From contig MU056187.1 of NCBI GenBank assembly GCA_013239625.1, forward strand, positions 1,054,001 through 1,118,000: 64,000 nt of DNA, read 5' to 3'. This DNA comes from Lama guanicoe (lineage: Eukaryota). Position numbers and translations under genes: made by a program. Shown here in pieces: positions 1-12,239 of this stretch (positions are counted from its first letter, which is position 1; each line of letters begins with the position of its first letter). A model generated the notes under the pieces. It was not told the origin of the DNA. It did no database searches and saw only the letters and a list, made by a program, of their open reading frames with translations.

Positions 1-720
1 GTCGGGGCATGGACGGGTAGGGGTGCAGATGGTGTTAGAAGGGGAGAACCCAACTTCCAAGCCCCCTCCCCAAAGGCCCGCAGGGCAAGGACCGCAGCCA
101 CGACTGCGCGCCGGGAGGGGGCGCGCTAAGCTGGGCGCGGAAGACTGAGGGTCCCCCCCGCCCCCGCCAACCCAGTCAGGCAAGGCGTGGCTGCGCGGCC
201 CCCTCCCGGCGCCGCGGGCGAGTTCCCACGCTCTGCGCCCCGCGCCCCTGCCGACCGGTCGGGCTGGTTTCAGCCTCCGCCCGCGCCCCGCCCAACTGCC
301 TGGGCTTTGCGGGAGACCGCTGGGGGCGGGGGGGCGGGGGAGAGGGGACAGGCCCGAGAGGCGAGGACTAGGAGACAGAGACAAGGGTTTGGGAGCCTGC
401 TTTAAAAGGGAGAGTTAGGGAATTCATGGAGGGGTGATAGATTGGGGCGCCCCTGAAAGGACACGAGTATTTGGGACCTTGAAGGAGACTAGGGTGTGGG
501 GAGGGGGGTGTGGGGTATGGTTCCCACGGCCCAGCTCTGGGGACTGAGCCCGCTCCACTCCGGGAGATCCGGACTCCGGGCGGACGCGCGCGCCAGTGAT
601 TCACCTGTCGGGGGGCGGGGCAGCCGCGGGCGCTTTCACCTGTCGGCAGCATTCCAGGCGCGGAGCTCCACTGCAGAGGCGCCCGGCCCCGGTGGCCTGG
701 CCTCCCAGGTGAGTGGACCA
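1..720. promoter_or_regulatory. NOTCH3 intron-2 CpG island / enhancer with CSL(RBPJ) sites and E2-boxes
   Basis: High CpG density; TTCCCACG at 223-230 and 521-528; CACCTG at 602-607 and 637-642, CAGGTG at 706-711; GC boxes. Confidence 0.75.
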
Positions 721-954
721 AAGTGTGTGTGTAACTTCAAAAGGGCTCTCAAATCACCCCAGACCTACCCAAGTTGGGTCTGGCACACTTGCTGAATCAG
801 TGTATACATTAATGAATAGATGAATGGCTACTGGGTGACCTGCTATTATTAATGACAATATTATAAAAGGAACCAAACATTTCCCCATAACCTTGAGACG
901 ATCTCCCTTTTGGCATCTATTTCCAGTGTCCCTACCATTATTATTATTCCTAAT

Positions 955-1650
955 AATAATAATCTCATTTATTGCGCACTCACTCTATGCCCAGCATTAT
1001 GCTGCATTCCCCATATGAAAAGTCTCTTTTAATTTTTACAATCAACCCCATAAAGGGACTATTCTTGCCCCATCTTCCAGATGCAAAAACTGAGGCTCAG
1101 AGAGCTCAAAGCACTTGCTCAAGGTATCCAAGAGCCGAGAATTCAAACTGAGCTCTGTTTGCTTCTGCTCAGCAATTTCTCAGGCCCTGCCCTGCTCCCC
1201 CAACCCTCTGCCTTTCCTTGTATTATCCAACAACTGCATTCTTGCCACAAGCCAAGGAGAAGTACCCTCATTCACAGATCAATGAGGTTCAGAATGGGAA
1301 AGTGACTACTAACTCAAGGTCATACAGCAAGAAAGAGGCAGAGCAGGGCTCCTGTGCCCCTGCCACTAAATCTTGGGATGTGGGAAGGTGCAGATGCTGT
1401 ACCCACTTACCCACTACTGCCAAGCTACCGCCACTGGTCCCTTAAGATTTATTGATTAAATAATAACTACCTCCACCAGGGGATTTACACGTGACCTTAG
1501 GCAACCGAGAACTCTGTGAAGTTGGGGTTGTTGGGCCCATTTTCCAGACTAGGACACTGAGGCTTAAAGAGTTTAAGTCCCAGGCAGTCAGCAATGTGAT
1601 GTGGGATTTGAACCAGGACAGACAGACTCCAGAGCCTCTGCTTCTAACTT
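955..1650 (-). mobile_element. Cluster of about 3 MIR SINE fragments (about 955-1165, 1260-1360, 1500-1650)
   Basis: Reverse MIR core motifs such as 'cagatgcaaaaactgaggctcagagag...cacttgctcaaggt' and 'cccatttt...actgaggcttaaagagtttaag'. Confidence 0.7.
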
Positions 1651-1806
1651 TGCTCGATCCAATGAGGAAACAAGGGGTTGACCAAGCCACACACATGTAG
1701 GAAGTGGTAGAAGCATCCATGATGAACACGGAGGTGGGGGATGGGGAGAGAAGACAGACCGCCTCCCCACACCGGGCCCACTGATGGCTCAGAGCCAGGC
1801 ACTCAC

Positions 1807-1885
1807 AGGCAGGCAGCCTCCCGGGAGGGCAACTGGGTGCAGCGACCTCCATTGGCACACGGACTTCCATCCAGGCAGTGGGGGG
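1807..1885 (-). CDS. NOTCH3: NOTCH3 exon 2 (79 nt, first EGF-like repeat)
   Basis: cag| acceptor at 1886-1887, |gtgagt donor at 1806; phase 1 matches exon 1. Confidence 0.96.
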
Positions 1886-4608
1886 CTGGGTGGGGGTGAA
1901 GGAAGGTAGGGGGGTCAGGCAGGCACCCAGGAACCCCAGCCCAGAGTGAGACTCCCTCCTTTCCTCCCTCAGGCAACAGCTGCGCCAGGCTGGGGGCGTC
2001 TCTTTGAGTACCGGGAGCACCCCTATCCACAGTTCCCACGACCCCCCCACCCCCGCCCCGGCCCCAGCTGTTGGGGTTGCAGCTGTCCCTGCCAGCTCGA
2101 GCCCTGGGAACCACAAGGCAGGGGTGGGCAGGAGGAGGGGCTGACTAGTGCCAGATGTGAGGCTCAGAAGCTGCCAGAATGGGGGTGGTGGTGCTAAGAC
2201 AGGAAGTGAGGGTGCTGCCGAGTGTGGAAGGGAGATCTGGGACTGTGTGCCCAGATCCTGGGGTTGTGAAGGGGGCAGGGGTGGGGAGTCTTGGGACCAT
2301 GGATCTTTCTTCCCCTGATGCTGGGCATCTTCTCCAGCTGGGCAGGCCTGCATGCTAGCTCTGAAGAGAGAAGCCAAGGCATGTCCTCCATGTGCAGCCA
2401 GAACTGGGTGTTGCAGGGATAGGGTATGTGTTGAAGGGAGGGGCAGCTGGCATAAGGTGTGTACTGCTCTGTCCAGCGTCCCCATCCCTGAGGGCTGTGT
2501 CCCTCTGGGGTGTGACCCAGTCTAACTGTCAGATGGTCAGGGGTGTGGCGGGGTGTGAGCCAGTGGAGACTTGTGTGTGCCAGCAGGTGTGGGGCCACTG
2601 CATGTCTGTGTGCCCGTTTGTGCCTGTGTGAAAGAGGGGTGGAGAAGATGAGGAACACAGAGAGATAGAAGAGAGAAAACCAGAAGCAGGCAGACCCAGA
2701 GGGAAGGAGGGAAGGAAAGAGAGAGAGATAAAAAAGGGAGAGAGTGAGAGACAGAACAAGTTAAGCTGCACAAGAGAATGCAGCTACTTGGCTTGTGTCC
2801 CCTTCCTTGGGGGACAAGCGGACATGACACTACTACCCAGACAGGGACCAATGGGTGTTTGTAAACTCACACTGGGGGCCACATGACACAAGCCATGGGA
2901 CTTGCTGAGCTGTGGGCCCTGTGAGCCACATGTGCGTTTTCATGATCTGCATGGGTGTAGAGATGTGTATGAAATATTTGTAGGCTGGAACTTATTGTGT
3001 GTCCATGTATGTGAACCACGTATCTGGGAATACATCTGTGTGTCTGTGTGTGACCTGTGTTTGCATGGGTGTGTCCGTGTGTGGGTTGAAAGTGCCCATT
3101 GGCCTGCATGTATATGAGCTGGCTGCAGGCATGTCCTTGCATCTGTCTGTGTGGACCTGAATGTGTGCAGGCAGTGTGTGTGAGGCCTTGGACTGTGGTG
3201 CACAGTAAGTGTAAACATGTGTGACTGTGCATGCATGTGTGAGCATGTGTGAGCTGGGTGTGCACATCTGTGGGTGTATTCTGTGTGGACTCTCTGCCTG
3301 TGTGTGCTCGTGTGCACGTCGGCATCTCCGCACGTGTGATCCAGGATTGTGTGTGCCTGAGTGTGTGACAGGCCATGTGTGTGTGTGCACTGGCCTCACG
3401 AAGGCGGCTGCTCCTGCCCAGTCCTGCCCCACCACTGGCCCCGGGCCGGGCTGAGGAGGCTGGTTCCCTCCCGCAACCCCCACCCCTCCCAGCGCCGAGT
3501 CCCACAGCAGCGCCTAGGGACCCGGGTCAGGGCCACTCGGCCCGCGTCCCTCCTCTGGCGGCCAGTCCTCCCTTGGGGGGTTGCGCCCCCGCAGCCCCCT
3601 CCCGGCCCCGCCGCCGTCCCGCTTTGTCTGGCAAAGAAAGAGCTAGGGCGGCCGGGGGGAGGGGGTGTCTAGACGGCGCGGCCATTGTCCCGGGCGGGGG
3701 AGGGGAGAGCGGAGAGGGGGAGAGAAGAGGGCGTGCGCTCTCGCCCCCTGCCCTCCGCTCCCTTCCCAAGGCGGGGACTGGGTCCCGGGGCCGCCAGGTC
3801 CCGGCGGCCAGGGAGGGAGCGGGGCCGCGGGCGGGGTAAGGGGCGCGGGCGCCGTTCTGGCTCCAGCTCCAGCTCCGGCTCCGGGTCTTGCCGCGCTCCG
3901 GCCTGGGAAGTTTTCTCCGAGTTTAGACCTCCGAGAACTTCGCGCCCCCTCCCCGCCCCCCGCCCGGCCAGGCCTGCCCGGAGTGTTGAAGGAGGGGGGT
4001 TGTGTGCGAGGGGCCACCGGCCTGGGGGTACTTGGGTTCCAATCGTGACCTTCCCAGGACTCCAGACGGGCGTGGGTTGTGAGAGAGCCTCGGACTCTTG
4101 GTTACCCCCCGCTAATCCCCGCACCTCGAGCTCTCAGTCCCGGACTCCTGAGTCCCTTCATTCCCAGCCCAGATCTCTCCTGGGCCCCAGTTCCTCGGGC
4201 CTCTGGGGTCCTGACTCCCCTCTACATTCCCAGTTCTGAGTCCCTGGCCCCTGGGACTGGCACACAGTGCCCGAGCTCCTGCACTCCCTGCCCCTGTTCT
4301 CTGGTCCTTGGTTCCCAGGACCCCCAGCCCCAGACTCGGGGGGGCCTTCCTTGCACTCCGTTCTTACCCTTCCCCCACCACCCACCCCATCCCGCCCGCC
4401 AGGTCCCAGCCCCTCACCTGCAGCCCCCAGCCCCGCTAGCAGCAGCAATAGGGGCAGCGTCCGCACGGACGGCANNNNNNNNNNNNNNNNNNNNNNNNNN
4501 NNNNNNNNNNNNNNNNNNNNNNNNNNNNNNNNNNNNNNNNNNNNNNNNNNNNNNNNNNNNNNNNNNNNNNNNNNNNNNNNNNNNNNNNNNNNNNNNNNNN
4601 NNNNNNNN
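1807..4608 (-). CDS. NOTCH3: NOTCH3 5' part (exons 1-2; gene continues left of the window; ATG hidden in N-run 4475-4608)
   Basis: Signal peptide ...PSVRTLPLLLLLAGLGAA splices to APHCLDGSPCANGGRCTQLPSREAACL (EGF repeat 1), matching the NOTCH3 N-terminus; syntenic with EPHX3/BRD4. Confidence 0.96.
2880..3390. repeat. Degenerate (TG/CA)-rich low-complexity tract in NOTCH3 intron 1
   Basis: Interspersed tgtg/gtgtg/catg units over about 500 bp. Confidence 0.75.
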
Positions 4609-4830
4609 GCCTCCGCGCCGCCAGCCTCGCTGAAGTGAGACTCCAGGGCCACCCCGCCCCCAACCCTGGGCCGCTCGCCCCGCCCCAGGGCCGGCCCTGA
4701 GCTCCCCCGCCCCCGGCCCGGCCTCCCGGGGTCCCTGCCCACCCTCCACCCACGCAGCCTGGGACCCGCAGACCCTCTCGAAAACTCAGGCCCGCTATGC
4801 GGTGAGACGCGGGCCCAACCCGCAATGACC
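3400..4830 (-). promoter_or_regulatory. NOTCH3 promoter / exon 1 / intron 1 CpG island (TATA-less, GC boxes)
   Basis: CpG-rich; CCCCGCCCC Sp/KLF boxes at about 4652-4715, just upstream of exon 1. Confidence 0.8.
4418..4608 (-). CDS. NOTCH3: NOTCH3 exon 1 (visible coding part 4418-4474; start codon about 4535, inside the N-run)
   Basis: Signal-peptide core ends GCA G|gtgag at 4418/4417; 5' part masked. Confidence 0.9.
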
Positions 4831-5977
4831 GACACACCCAGCGTCCTAAACACTCCCTACTCCCCAACACACATCCAGAGCCGGGACACAGAGCCAGGAC
4901 ACAAACACAGACACCCCCATACACACACCTCGCAACTGAAGCCAGGCACGTCCTGCAGGGCTCATGAACAACACAGCCAAGATGCGCAAATGCAGAGACA
5001 TGCACAGAGCTTTGTGGGGACTTAAAACCTCTGACAAATCCTAAACTCAGGCTGGGCCAGGCCTTGAGCCTTGGGTGATACTTGAGGCCTCAGCCCTCAG
5101 ACACCAGCCAGGTGTCTCACTGCATGCTCGCAAACACCTACATCTCTTCGTACTCTAAGCCCTTCCTGAAAGCAACCCCTTCCTGTGTGTACCCCCAAAG
5201 GTCCACCCCACCCCCCAGCCCCACCCTAGCCCCTACACAGCTTTGCCGCTCCAACCAGTCTTGCTGGATTTGATCAAACTGCCTCTTCCAAAATCAGTCA
5301 TGCTGCAAAGCCACCTTGGACTGGGCTCTGTCCCTGTGGTGAGAGTGGGACCCCCACAAAGGCCCCAAACCCAGCCCTAGAGGAGCCCTCAGTCTGGGGA
5401 AGAAAAAGCCAAACACAGACACCCCCAGCCCTGTGGGCTTTGGGCTGGGCCAGAGGGAGGGACAGGGTCTGGGGAGGGCATACAGAGGGGCTGGTGAAGG
5501 CTCTGCCTGGGAGGGAGGGGCTTACTTATTCCTTCATTTATTCAGCAAGTAGGGAGAGAGCTCCAGCTCTATGTCTGGCTTTGTTCCAGGGACTGAAAGT
5601 ACACCTTCCTCCCCCAGGGAGGGCTTCCCCCAGGAGGGTTCAGGGGGGCTCCGCCCAGAAGGATGAACTGGAAGAAAGACATCCCAGCAAAGGGACAGGT
5701 CTGCACCCAAAAGGAGGGGGCAGAGTCAAATAGGGAGGGAGAGTGGGCAGGTCAGGGGTCAGGCTGGCTCTGAGAAGGAGGAGGAGGAGAAAGAGGCCAG
5801 ACTGATCCACAGGTATTTGGCTTGGTGATGAGACTGTGGGGAGGAGGAATCAACTGGGGGTGAGGTGCCAAGACCGAGGAGCCTGAGGGTCACCCACAAT
5901 GCGGTTGAACACGAGCTGAGCACGGGGCCACCAAGGTGGGAGATAGTCACATGGGCACCTCAGAGATCTCTGGTCAA

Positions 5978-7180
5978 TTTTTAAACATTTTATTTTGAAA
6001 TAATTTAAACATAGAATAGTGCAATTCCCATATGCCATTTATTCAAATTCACCAATTCTGCCAAATTTGTCTTATAATTATGTACATATTTTTGAGAGCA
6101 ATTTGCAGGCATGATGTTCCTTTGCCCCCAAATTCATCACTATGCGTTTCCTAAGATCAAGGGCATTCTCTTATCTAAGCATACCACAGTTTTCACCCTC
6201 TGTCCATATTCAAAGTTCTCCCATTGCCCCAGTAATACCCACTAAAGCATATTTCTTTGCTGGTCAGGATCTACCCGTCGACCACGTGCTACATTTGCTT
6301 GTTATGTCTCTTGAGGTCCTTTAATCTGCATCAGTTCCTCAGCCTTTCATTGTCGTTAGTGACACTGACAATTTTGGAGGGTCGAGGTCATTTGTTTTGT
6401 AGAACAGCCCTTAGCAGGCTGACCTGCTGGTTCCTCAGGACCAGGTTCAGGTTGTATGTCTCTGGCAGGAATTGCTGAAGTGATGCTGGTCCTCCCTGGT
6501 GCGTTGTGTCAGGAGGAACCTGATGTTAGTTCCCAACTGATGTTAACTGATGTTTAACTGCTGTTAAACTTTGATCACTCAAGAGAAGTCGGCTCAGTAA
6601 AGGTGTGGTAAAGGTACCATTCTCTTCCCCATCTCCCCTTGTAATGAATAAATATCAGTATCTTGTGGGGAGATACCTTGAAACTGCATGACTATCTTGA
6701 GGCCTGTCAAACTTTCACCCATTTTGGGCATTTATTGGTGATTTTCTCTGATGAATTTTTAAAATTGAGATAAAATTCACATAACATAAAATGAGCTATT
6801 TACCATTGTGAAGTGTACAGAGTGGCATTTAGTGCAACCATCACCTCCATCTAGTTCCAAGATGTTCTTCTCAACCCTGAAGGAACCCCTGTGCCTATCA
6901 GTAGTCACTCCCCAGTCCCCCTCCCCCATCCCCCGGCAGCCATTAATCTGCTTTCCATCTCTATAGATTTACCTGTGATGAACATTTCACACCAGTGGGA
7001 TCATACCATGTGTGGCCTTTGGTGTCTGGCTTTTGTCACTACGCATAGCATTTTTGATGTTCATCCACGTTGGGGCATGAATCCATGCTTCATCCCTTTT
7101 CACAGCTGAGTAATGTCCCATTGAATGGCTGTACCACATTTTGCTTATCCATTCATCTATGAATACTTTGGATGATTTTT
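5978..7180 (-). mobile_element. Old L1 (L1M-type) 3'-end fragments, probably two elements (about 5978-6750 and 6755-7180)
   Basis: AT-rich; 'ttttattttgaaataattt' and 'ttgagataaaattcacataacataaaat...tctgctttccatctctatagatttacct' resemble reverse L1MC/L1MB 3' UTRs. Confidence 0.65.
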
Positions 7181-7920
7181 AAACACTGGAAGAGGAAGAT
7201 GAAGGAGGCAGAGAAGTACCATTAGAGTGAAAGAAGAATGAAAAGCCAAGGGTGAAAGCTGAATAACTGACCAGGGCCCGGCATCAGAGATGACCCCCCA
7301 GCCCTACTGAGGCTGACAGGAACTGAGGTTGTTCCGCCACTCCCAATTTAGGAGTGCAGCTCCCATCTAGGAGGGGAGTAAATGGTGCCCACCTTACAGG
7401 TCAGCCCCCATGGAGGTGGGTATCTGCCCATCTTACGGTGAATTGCCAGGTGCTTTCCAGAGTGAGATTTGAACCCAAGTCTTGAGTGACTCCAGGCCAT
7501 GTGGAGTGAGAGTAGTGGGGACAGGGTGGGGATTGGGCAGAGAACAGGAGGAAAGTTGCATAAGAAGGGGCATAGCCTGACTCACTGTGAGTGTGCTGAG
7601 TCACCAGGCCCATGGGGCAGGCACAGTGTGAGTCCCCACCGCCGCCACCATGGCCATCACCCCAGGAGGAAGGCCAAAGCCCCCTCCCCTGCTTTCAGAG
7701 CCCTCATTCACCTGGCTTGGACCCTCTCCAGTTCCTCCCGCCTCCCTCATCATCAGGTGGAGTCAGGCTCCATCCTCACCCAGCAGGCTTTGACCTCTCA
7801 CAGCCTTTGCTCAGGTTCTTCTTTCTACCCAGGACACCCGGCTAGTTAGGAGGACCCTTTTGCTTCCTTCTCAGGCAGGAACTCACAGCAGATTTGTTCT
7901 CTTTAAAAAATGCATTTCCT

Positions 7921-8029
7921 GAGGGGAAGGGGAGTAAAACTCAGTGGCAGAGCCTGTGCTTAGCATGCGCAGGGACCTGGATTCAATCCCCAGTACTTCC
8001 ACTAAAAAAAAAAAGTTAAAAAAACAAAA
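7921..8029 (+). mobile_element. tRNA-derived SINE (Vic-1-like, camelid type) with poly(A) tail and TSD
   Basis: A-box-like CTCAGTGG and B-box-like GATTCAATCC; A-rich tail; direct repeat GCATTTCCT at 7912-7920 and 8030-8038. Confidence 0.8.
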
Positions 8030-9384
8030 GCATTTCCTAGTAGAATGTTTTTTTTTTTTTTTTTACTTTTGGGGTGTCTGTATCCAGCTCTTTCTCCCCT
8101 CTATACTGGAGGTTCCTCAGGGGTCAGGCATTGCCCAGCATGAGTCAGGCACTGAGGGGGCAGCATAGTGGGGCTTGGTGACTCAGGAAGTGGCTGAATG
8201 AGTTGGGATGCTGAGCCCAGAGGAGCCACCACAGGGGACCCAGACCACTCTCTTCAGTACCATTCTAGAGGTCTGGGGGTCCAGAAAAGGATCTGGAGGT
8301 CCAGGAGCAAAGGTAGAGGCTTTAGTAGTGGGGCTAGCTCCTCCCCTGACCCATCTAAGAAAGAACTTTCTGCTGGAATAGCTGCTCTAAGAGGTGCTGA
8401 ACTCCCCATCACAAGGAGCAACCAAGAACCTGTACACACATTTTGCTTGGCAGGAAGTCCAAAGCCTGCAACTCTGCTGATCCAATGACCTGTGGCAGAC
8501 AGAAACGGAGAGAGAGCAGTAATGGTGAAAACACAGGCTGAGTACAGCATGGGGGGAGTGGGGACAAAAGGAAATTACGTATACAAAGCCCCTACTGTGT
8601 TCCAGTCCCTTTCTGAAGCCCCCAAAACTCCAAGGGCACCCACTTAGCAAGGCAGAAGTTGAGGGTCCCCTCTCCAGGTTTCTGCTCTGCCTTCCAGCCC
8701 TGGTGGCAGGAATAGCCCAAGGTGTCTGGATCCTTGGAGGACAGGACATTCAGAGCAATCATTCCCACGGCTTTGCAGCAGGCAGCCGCCCAGTTCCCAA
8801 TGTGGTGGGGGTAGGGGTGGGCTTGAGCCGTCTCCCCTGCCCCTGCCTGCCTGCCGCCTTGGCCAGGGACTGCATTTCTCCTCAATGAGCTCAGTCCCCA
8901 GGGATGCGGGACCTGGGGCCAGGCCAAGACACAGCTGCTGGGCCCAGGCCCGCTGACCAGGAACCTGAGAACGTGCCCTCAGCTTGTCCCCTTGGGACCA
9001 CAGTCCCGTTCTCTATACACAGAAGCTGGGGCCAGGCCCTCGTGCCCCAGCAGTGGGCCATGGGAGCCCAACAAGAACTGGCAGGAGGGCTGCTGGGTCT
9101 GGGGCCTGGGCAAGAGTGGGAAGGCTGGACCCCAGGGGCTGTGGGCTGCAGACCCAGCCGGCTGTCCTGTCTGCTACCTCTCTGGAGCTCTCTCACACTC
9201 AAATCCTCCATGGCTCCCCATTATCCAGAGTGACATCCTCCTCACATCGCCAGTTTTCCTTCCCTGTCTCCCAGCCTTCCCAGTCTTTGCATAGGCTGTG
9301 CCCACTGCCAGGAATGCCTTTCTCATACTCAGAAGACTCCTTTCACCTGGCAGCTCATTCTGACCCGCCAGCTCCCCTCACTTC

Positions 9385-9900
9385 GTTCAGTCATTCGACA
9401 AACATATACTGAGTAACTACTTGGTGTAAGACCCTATTATAGGTAGAGGTGACAAAGACAGCCATTTCCTGCTCTGATAGGGGAGACAGATAAGAAACAA
9501 GAAGACAAACAAATAAAAACCAGCAAGTGAGACAGAGATGGAGAGATTTCAGTGTAGGGGGTCAAGACAGGCCTCGCTGACAAGCGAACATTAGAATTAA
9601 GACCTGGAGGAAGAGAACAAGCTATCAAGGCAAACAGTCTGGAAGCACGTTCCAGGGAGAGGGAACAGAAAGTGCAAAGGCCCAGAGGAGGAAAGAGTGG
9701 GTGGATAAGAGGAACAGCAAAGAGGCCAGGGTGCTGGGTGCAGAGTGAGCAAGGGGTGGGAAGTGAAGGAAACTGATGGGGCCAAGTTCCAAGGGGCCAG
9801 AGGGTCTGGGATTGTATCAAAAGCACAGTAGACACCGCTGGAGGGTTTCAACACAGGGGAGATGATCTGATCAAGGCTGGAAAAGATAACACCGGAAGGT
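9385..9900 (-). mobile_element. L2 LINE fragment
   Basis: Begins with reverse L2 3' end 'tcattcgacaaacatatactgag', followed by typical purine-rich L2 body. Confidence 0.65.
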
Positions 9901-12168
9901 CTGTCATTTCTTCTCCCAGGGAAACTTCCGAGGTTTTCCATGGTCTCCTCTGGCTCTCATGGTCCCTTCCATCTCAGCTCCTACCCCACTTTGTGATCCT
10001 ACATGTCTCCTACATCATTCTGAGCTCTACGCACCTCTGTCTTGCTCGCTGCTGGATCCCCAATATCTAACATAGTGCCTGACATCCAGTAGTCAGTTGA
10101 ATGAATGAATGTGCCCAACACAGCTCAGGGGAAGAGCAAGACCCAGAAGCTGGAACCTGAAGCTGCCCAGAGCCAGCCTTTGAGATGTCCCTTTCTGAAC
10201 ACAGACATGTCTGGCTTCCATTAGATCAGGGCTTGATCAGAGGAAGGGATCGGGGCTGCTGGGGCTTCCTGGAGGAGGAGTGGGTGTGAGGACTGAATGT
10301 GGAAGAAAGGGGAGTGAAAAGAAGGGAACTCATGTCAAATCAAGTACCTACTGGCTCTACAGCTCTAGGCAGAAGAGGGGAGGCCATACCCCATCCTTTT
10401 GGCCGGGGTGGGGTGTTCCCTGCTGTAAGACCCTCCATTGGGCAGAACATCCAATGGATGTCTTGGCCTCATAAGACCTGGGCCCAGACCACTCCAACCT
10501 TCCTTGCCCATGGCCTCACCCAGGAACCCATCTCCACCTGCTCACCTCTGAACTTTGGCACTCTGATGTCCTTTAACTGCCTCCTTGCCTCCCTGGCTCC
10601 TGAAACTTGCCTTCCTTCTTCCCCACAGGTGTGATACTTGTCTCTCCCCACTCCCCTGGCCACCTCCTGCTTCGGAGAAGGGGAGCACCTCCCTGGGCTT
10701 TTCATTACTTCCTCCCTTGGCCACAGGTCGAGGTCTCTTCCGTGATAAAGTGAAATCTGCAGCAAGTGCTCATCTCACACACACACCCCTTCCCCAAGCT
10801 CCTCTTCCCCACCTCTCACCCCCCCCCGCCACTGGCTCTGTTCTTCCCTGCTTCACTGTTCCGCGCCCTGAGAGGCTGACCTCTACAGGCTGTATCAATG
10901 GACATCCTTGTCCTCTGGCTTCCAGGTGGGTTTGGCCAATAGGAGGCACTGGTAGAAGGTGAAGTGGGGATGAGGGGAGCGAACAGGATATTAATCCTCC
11001 TGTATCTTTCCCTGTAGGGTCACCACTTTGACTCACTGTGTCTCTTGACCAAAGGCCCTGTTCACACAAACCTCTCTCTGGGCTCTGCTAACATCCTTCC
11101 TTCCCTTTTCCCAGTCAGGGGGACCCAGAGATAGTAATGGCTCTCCAGGAGTGCTTATCGATCCCTGATGTTTTCCCCAAGCCCTGCCCACTGTATATGA
11201 TCCCTGTAGCAGCCCTGCCTCAAATTGCCCCATTTGAATGTGCCAGTTGTTCCCTCCAGGCTCCCGACTGGAGTCCCTAGTCTTCCCTCCCATCCCTGCT
11301 TAACTGCACTCAGAGTATGCAAGCCTGCTGTCCTCAGCCCCCACTCTCAGGTTTCCTCCCTCACGATCTACATGGCTCAGTCCTCTCACACCTGTCTGCC
11401 CCGCCCCCCAGGTCTCTCTCCTCTGCCTGTCCCTTAGATGTTGAGGGGGTCTCCAGGGCTCAGTCTCCAGTCTTGTTCTCCTCTCTGTTCTCGGGAGACT
11501 TCACTCTCTCTCCCAGCTTCACTGACCTTGTGTCCCACCACACACTGATGCTTGCTGGGACCATTCATCTTTAACCCCTTAGAGGCTTCTATGTTCCTGC
11601 CTCAGGGATCCAGCCACAACAGATTGAACATACTCTAAACCTGTTTCTGGCCTTCCCTGTGTATCTGCTCCTCCCCCAAGTGCCTGGACTTGGACCTCAT
11701 CCTCTACTGCCTGGACCATGTCCATCCGCCTTCCAGGCCTCCCCAACCTCACACTTCCCCCCTAGTCCTGCCCCCTCACCAACCCCCAAGTAGTATTCCA
11801 GACACACAGATATGTCCTGGACCTTCCCCTGGGGCCCCCATCACATTGGGGATCAAGCTCCTGGCCTGGTGTTCGAAGCTCTTTGCAATTCCACTTCTTC
11901 CTCTTCCAAACTTTCCTCCCGGTCTCACAGAAATGCTAAATCACTCGTGAATGAGAGGCTTCCGTGGATTGGGGCACATTCTTGTCAGGTTGAGCTCTAA
12001 GGCCACCTCCTCCAAGCAGTCTCCCCTCTTCCCCCAATTTCCTTATTCCACTGAGGCCTGACCACATAGGGCTGGGAGTATCGACCCGGCTTCTTCTCTC
12101 CCGTCCCTCCTCTGGTGCGGGGCCCCGGCTTAGAACTGGTAGCAGGGACAAGTAAATGAGTGCGTGTG

Positions 12169-12217
12169 TGAATGAATGAATGAATGAATGAATGAATCAA
12201 TCAATCAATCAATGAAT
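12169..12217. repeat. (GAAT)n/(CAAT)n tetranucleotide microsatellite
   Basis: Directly visible tandem array. Confidence 0.9.
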
Positions 12218-12239
12218 GTAGAGGGAGTAAACGATGGAA

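Noticed and set aside
1442-2485. 347-aa minus-strand ORF in NOTCH3 introns 1-2
   Set aside because: Crosses exon 2 in the wrong frame and runs into MIR sequence; no recognisable domain; long open frames are expected in GC-rich DNA.
2867-4853. Many overlapping 100-230 aa ORFs on both strands
   Set aside because: Products of the TG/CA tract, the CpG island and N read-through; low-complexity composition.
7921-8001. Possible functional tRNA gene (also 15574-15652)
   Set aside because: tRNA-like boxes are present, but the poly(A) tail, TSD and degenerate stems indicate SINEs.
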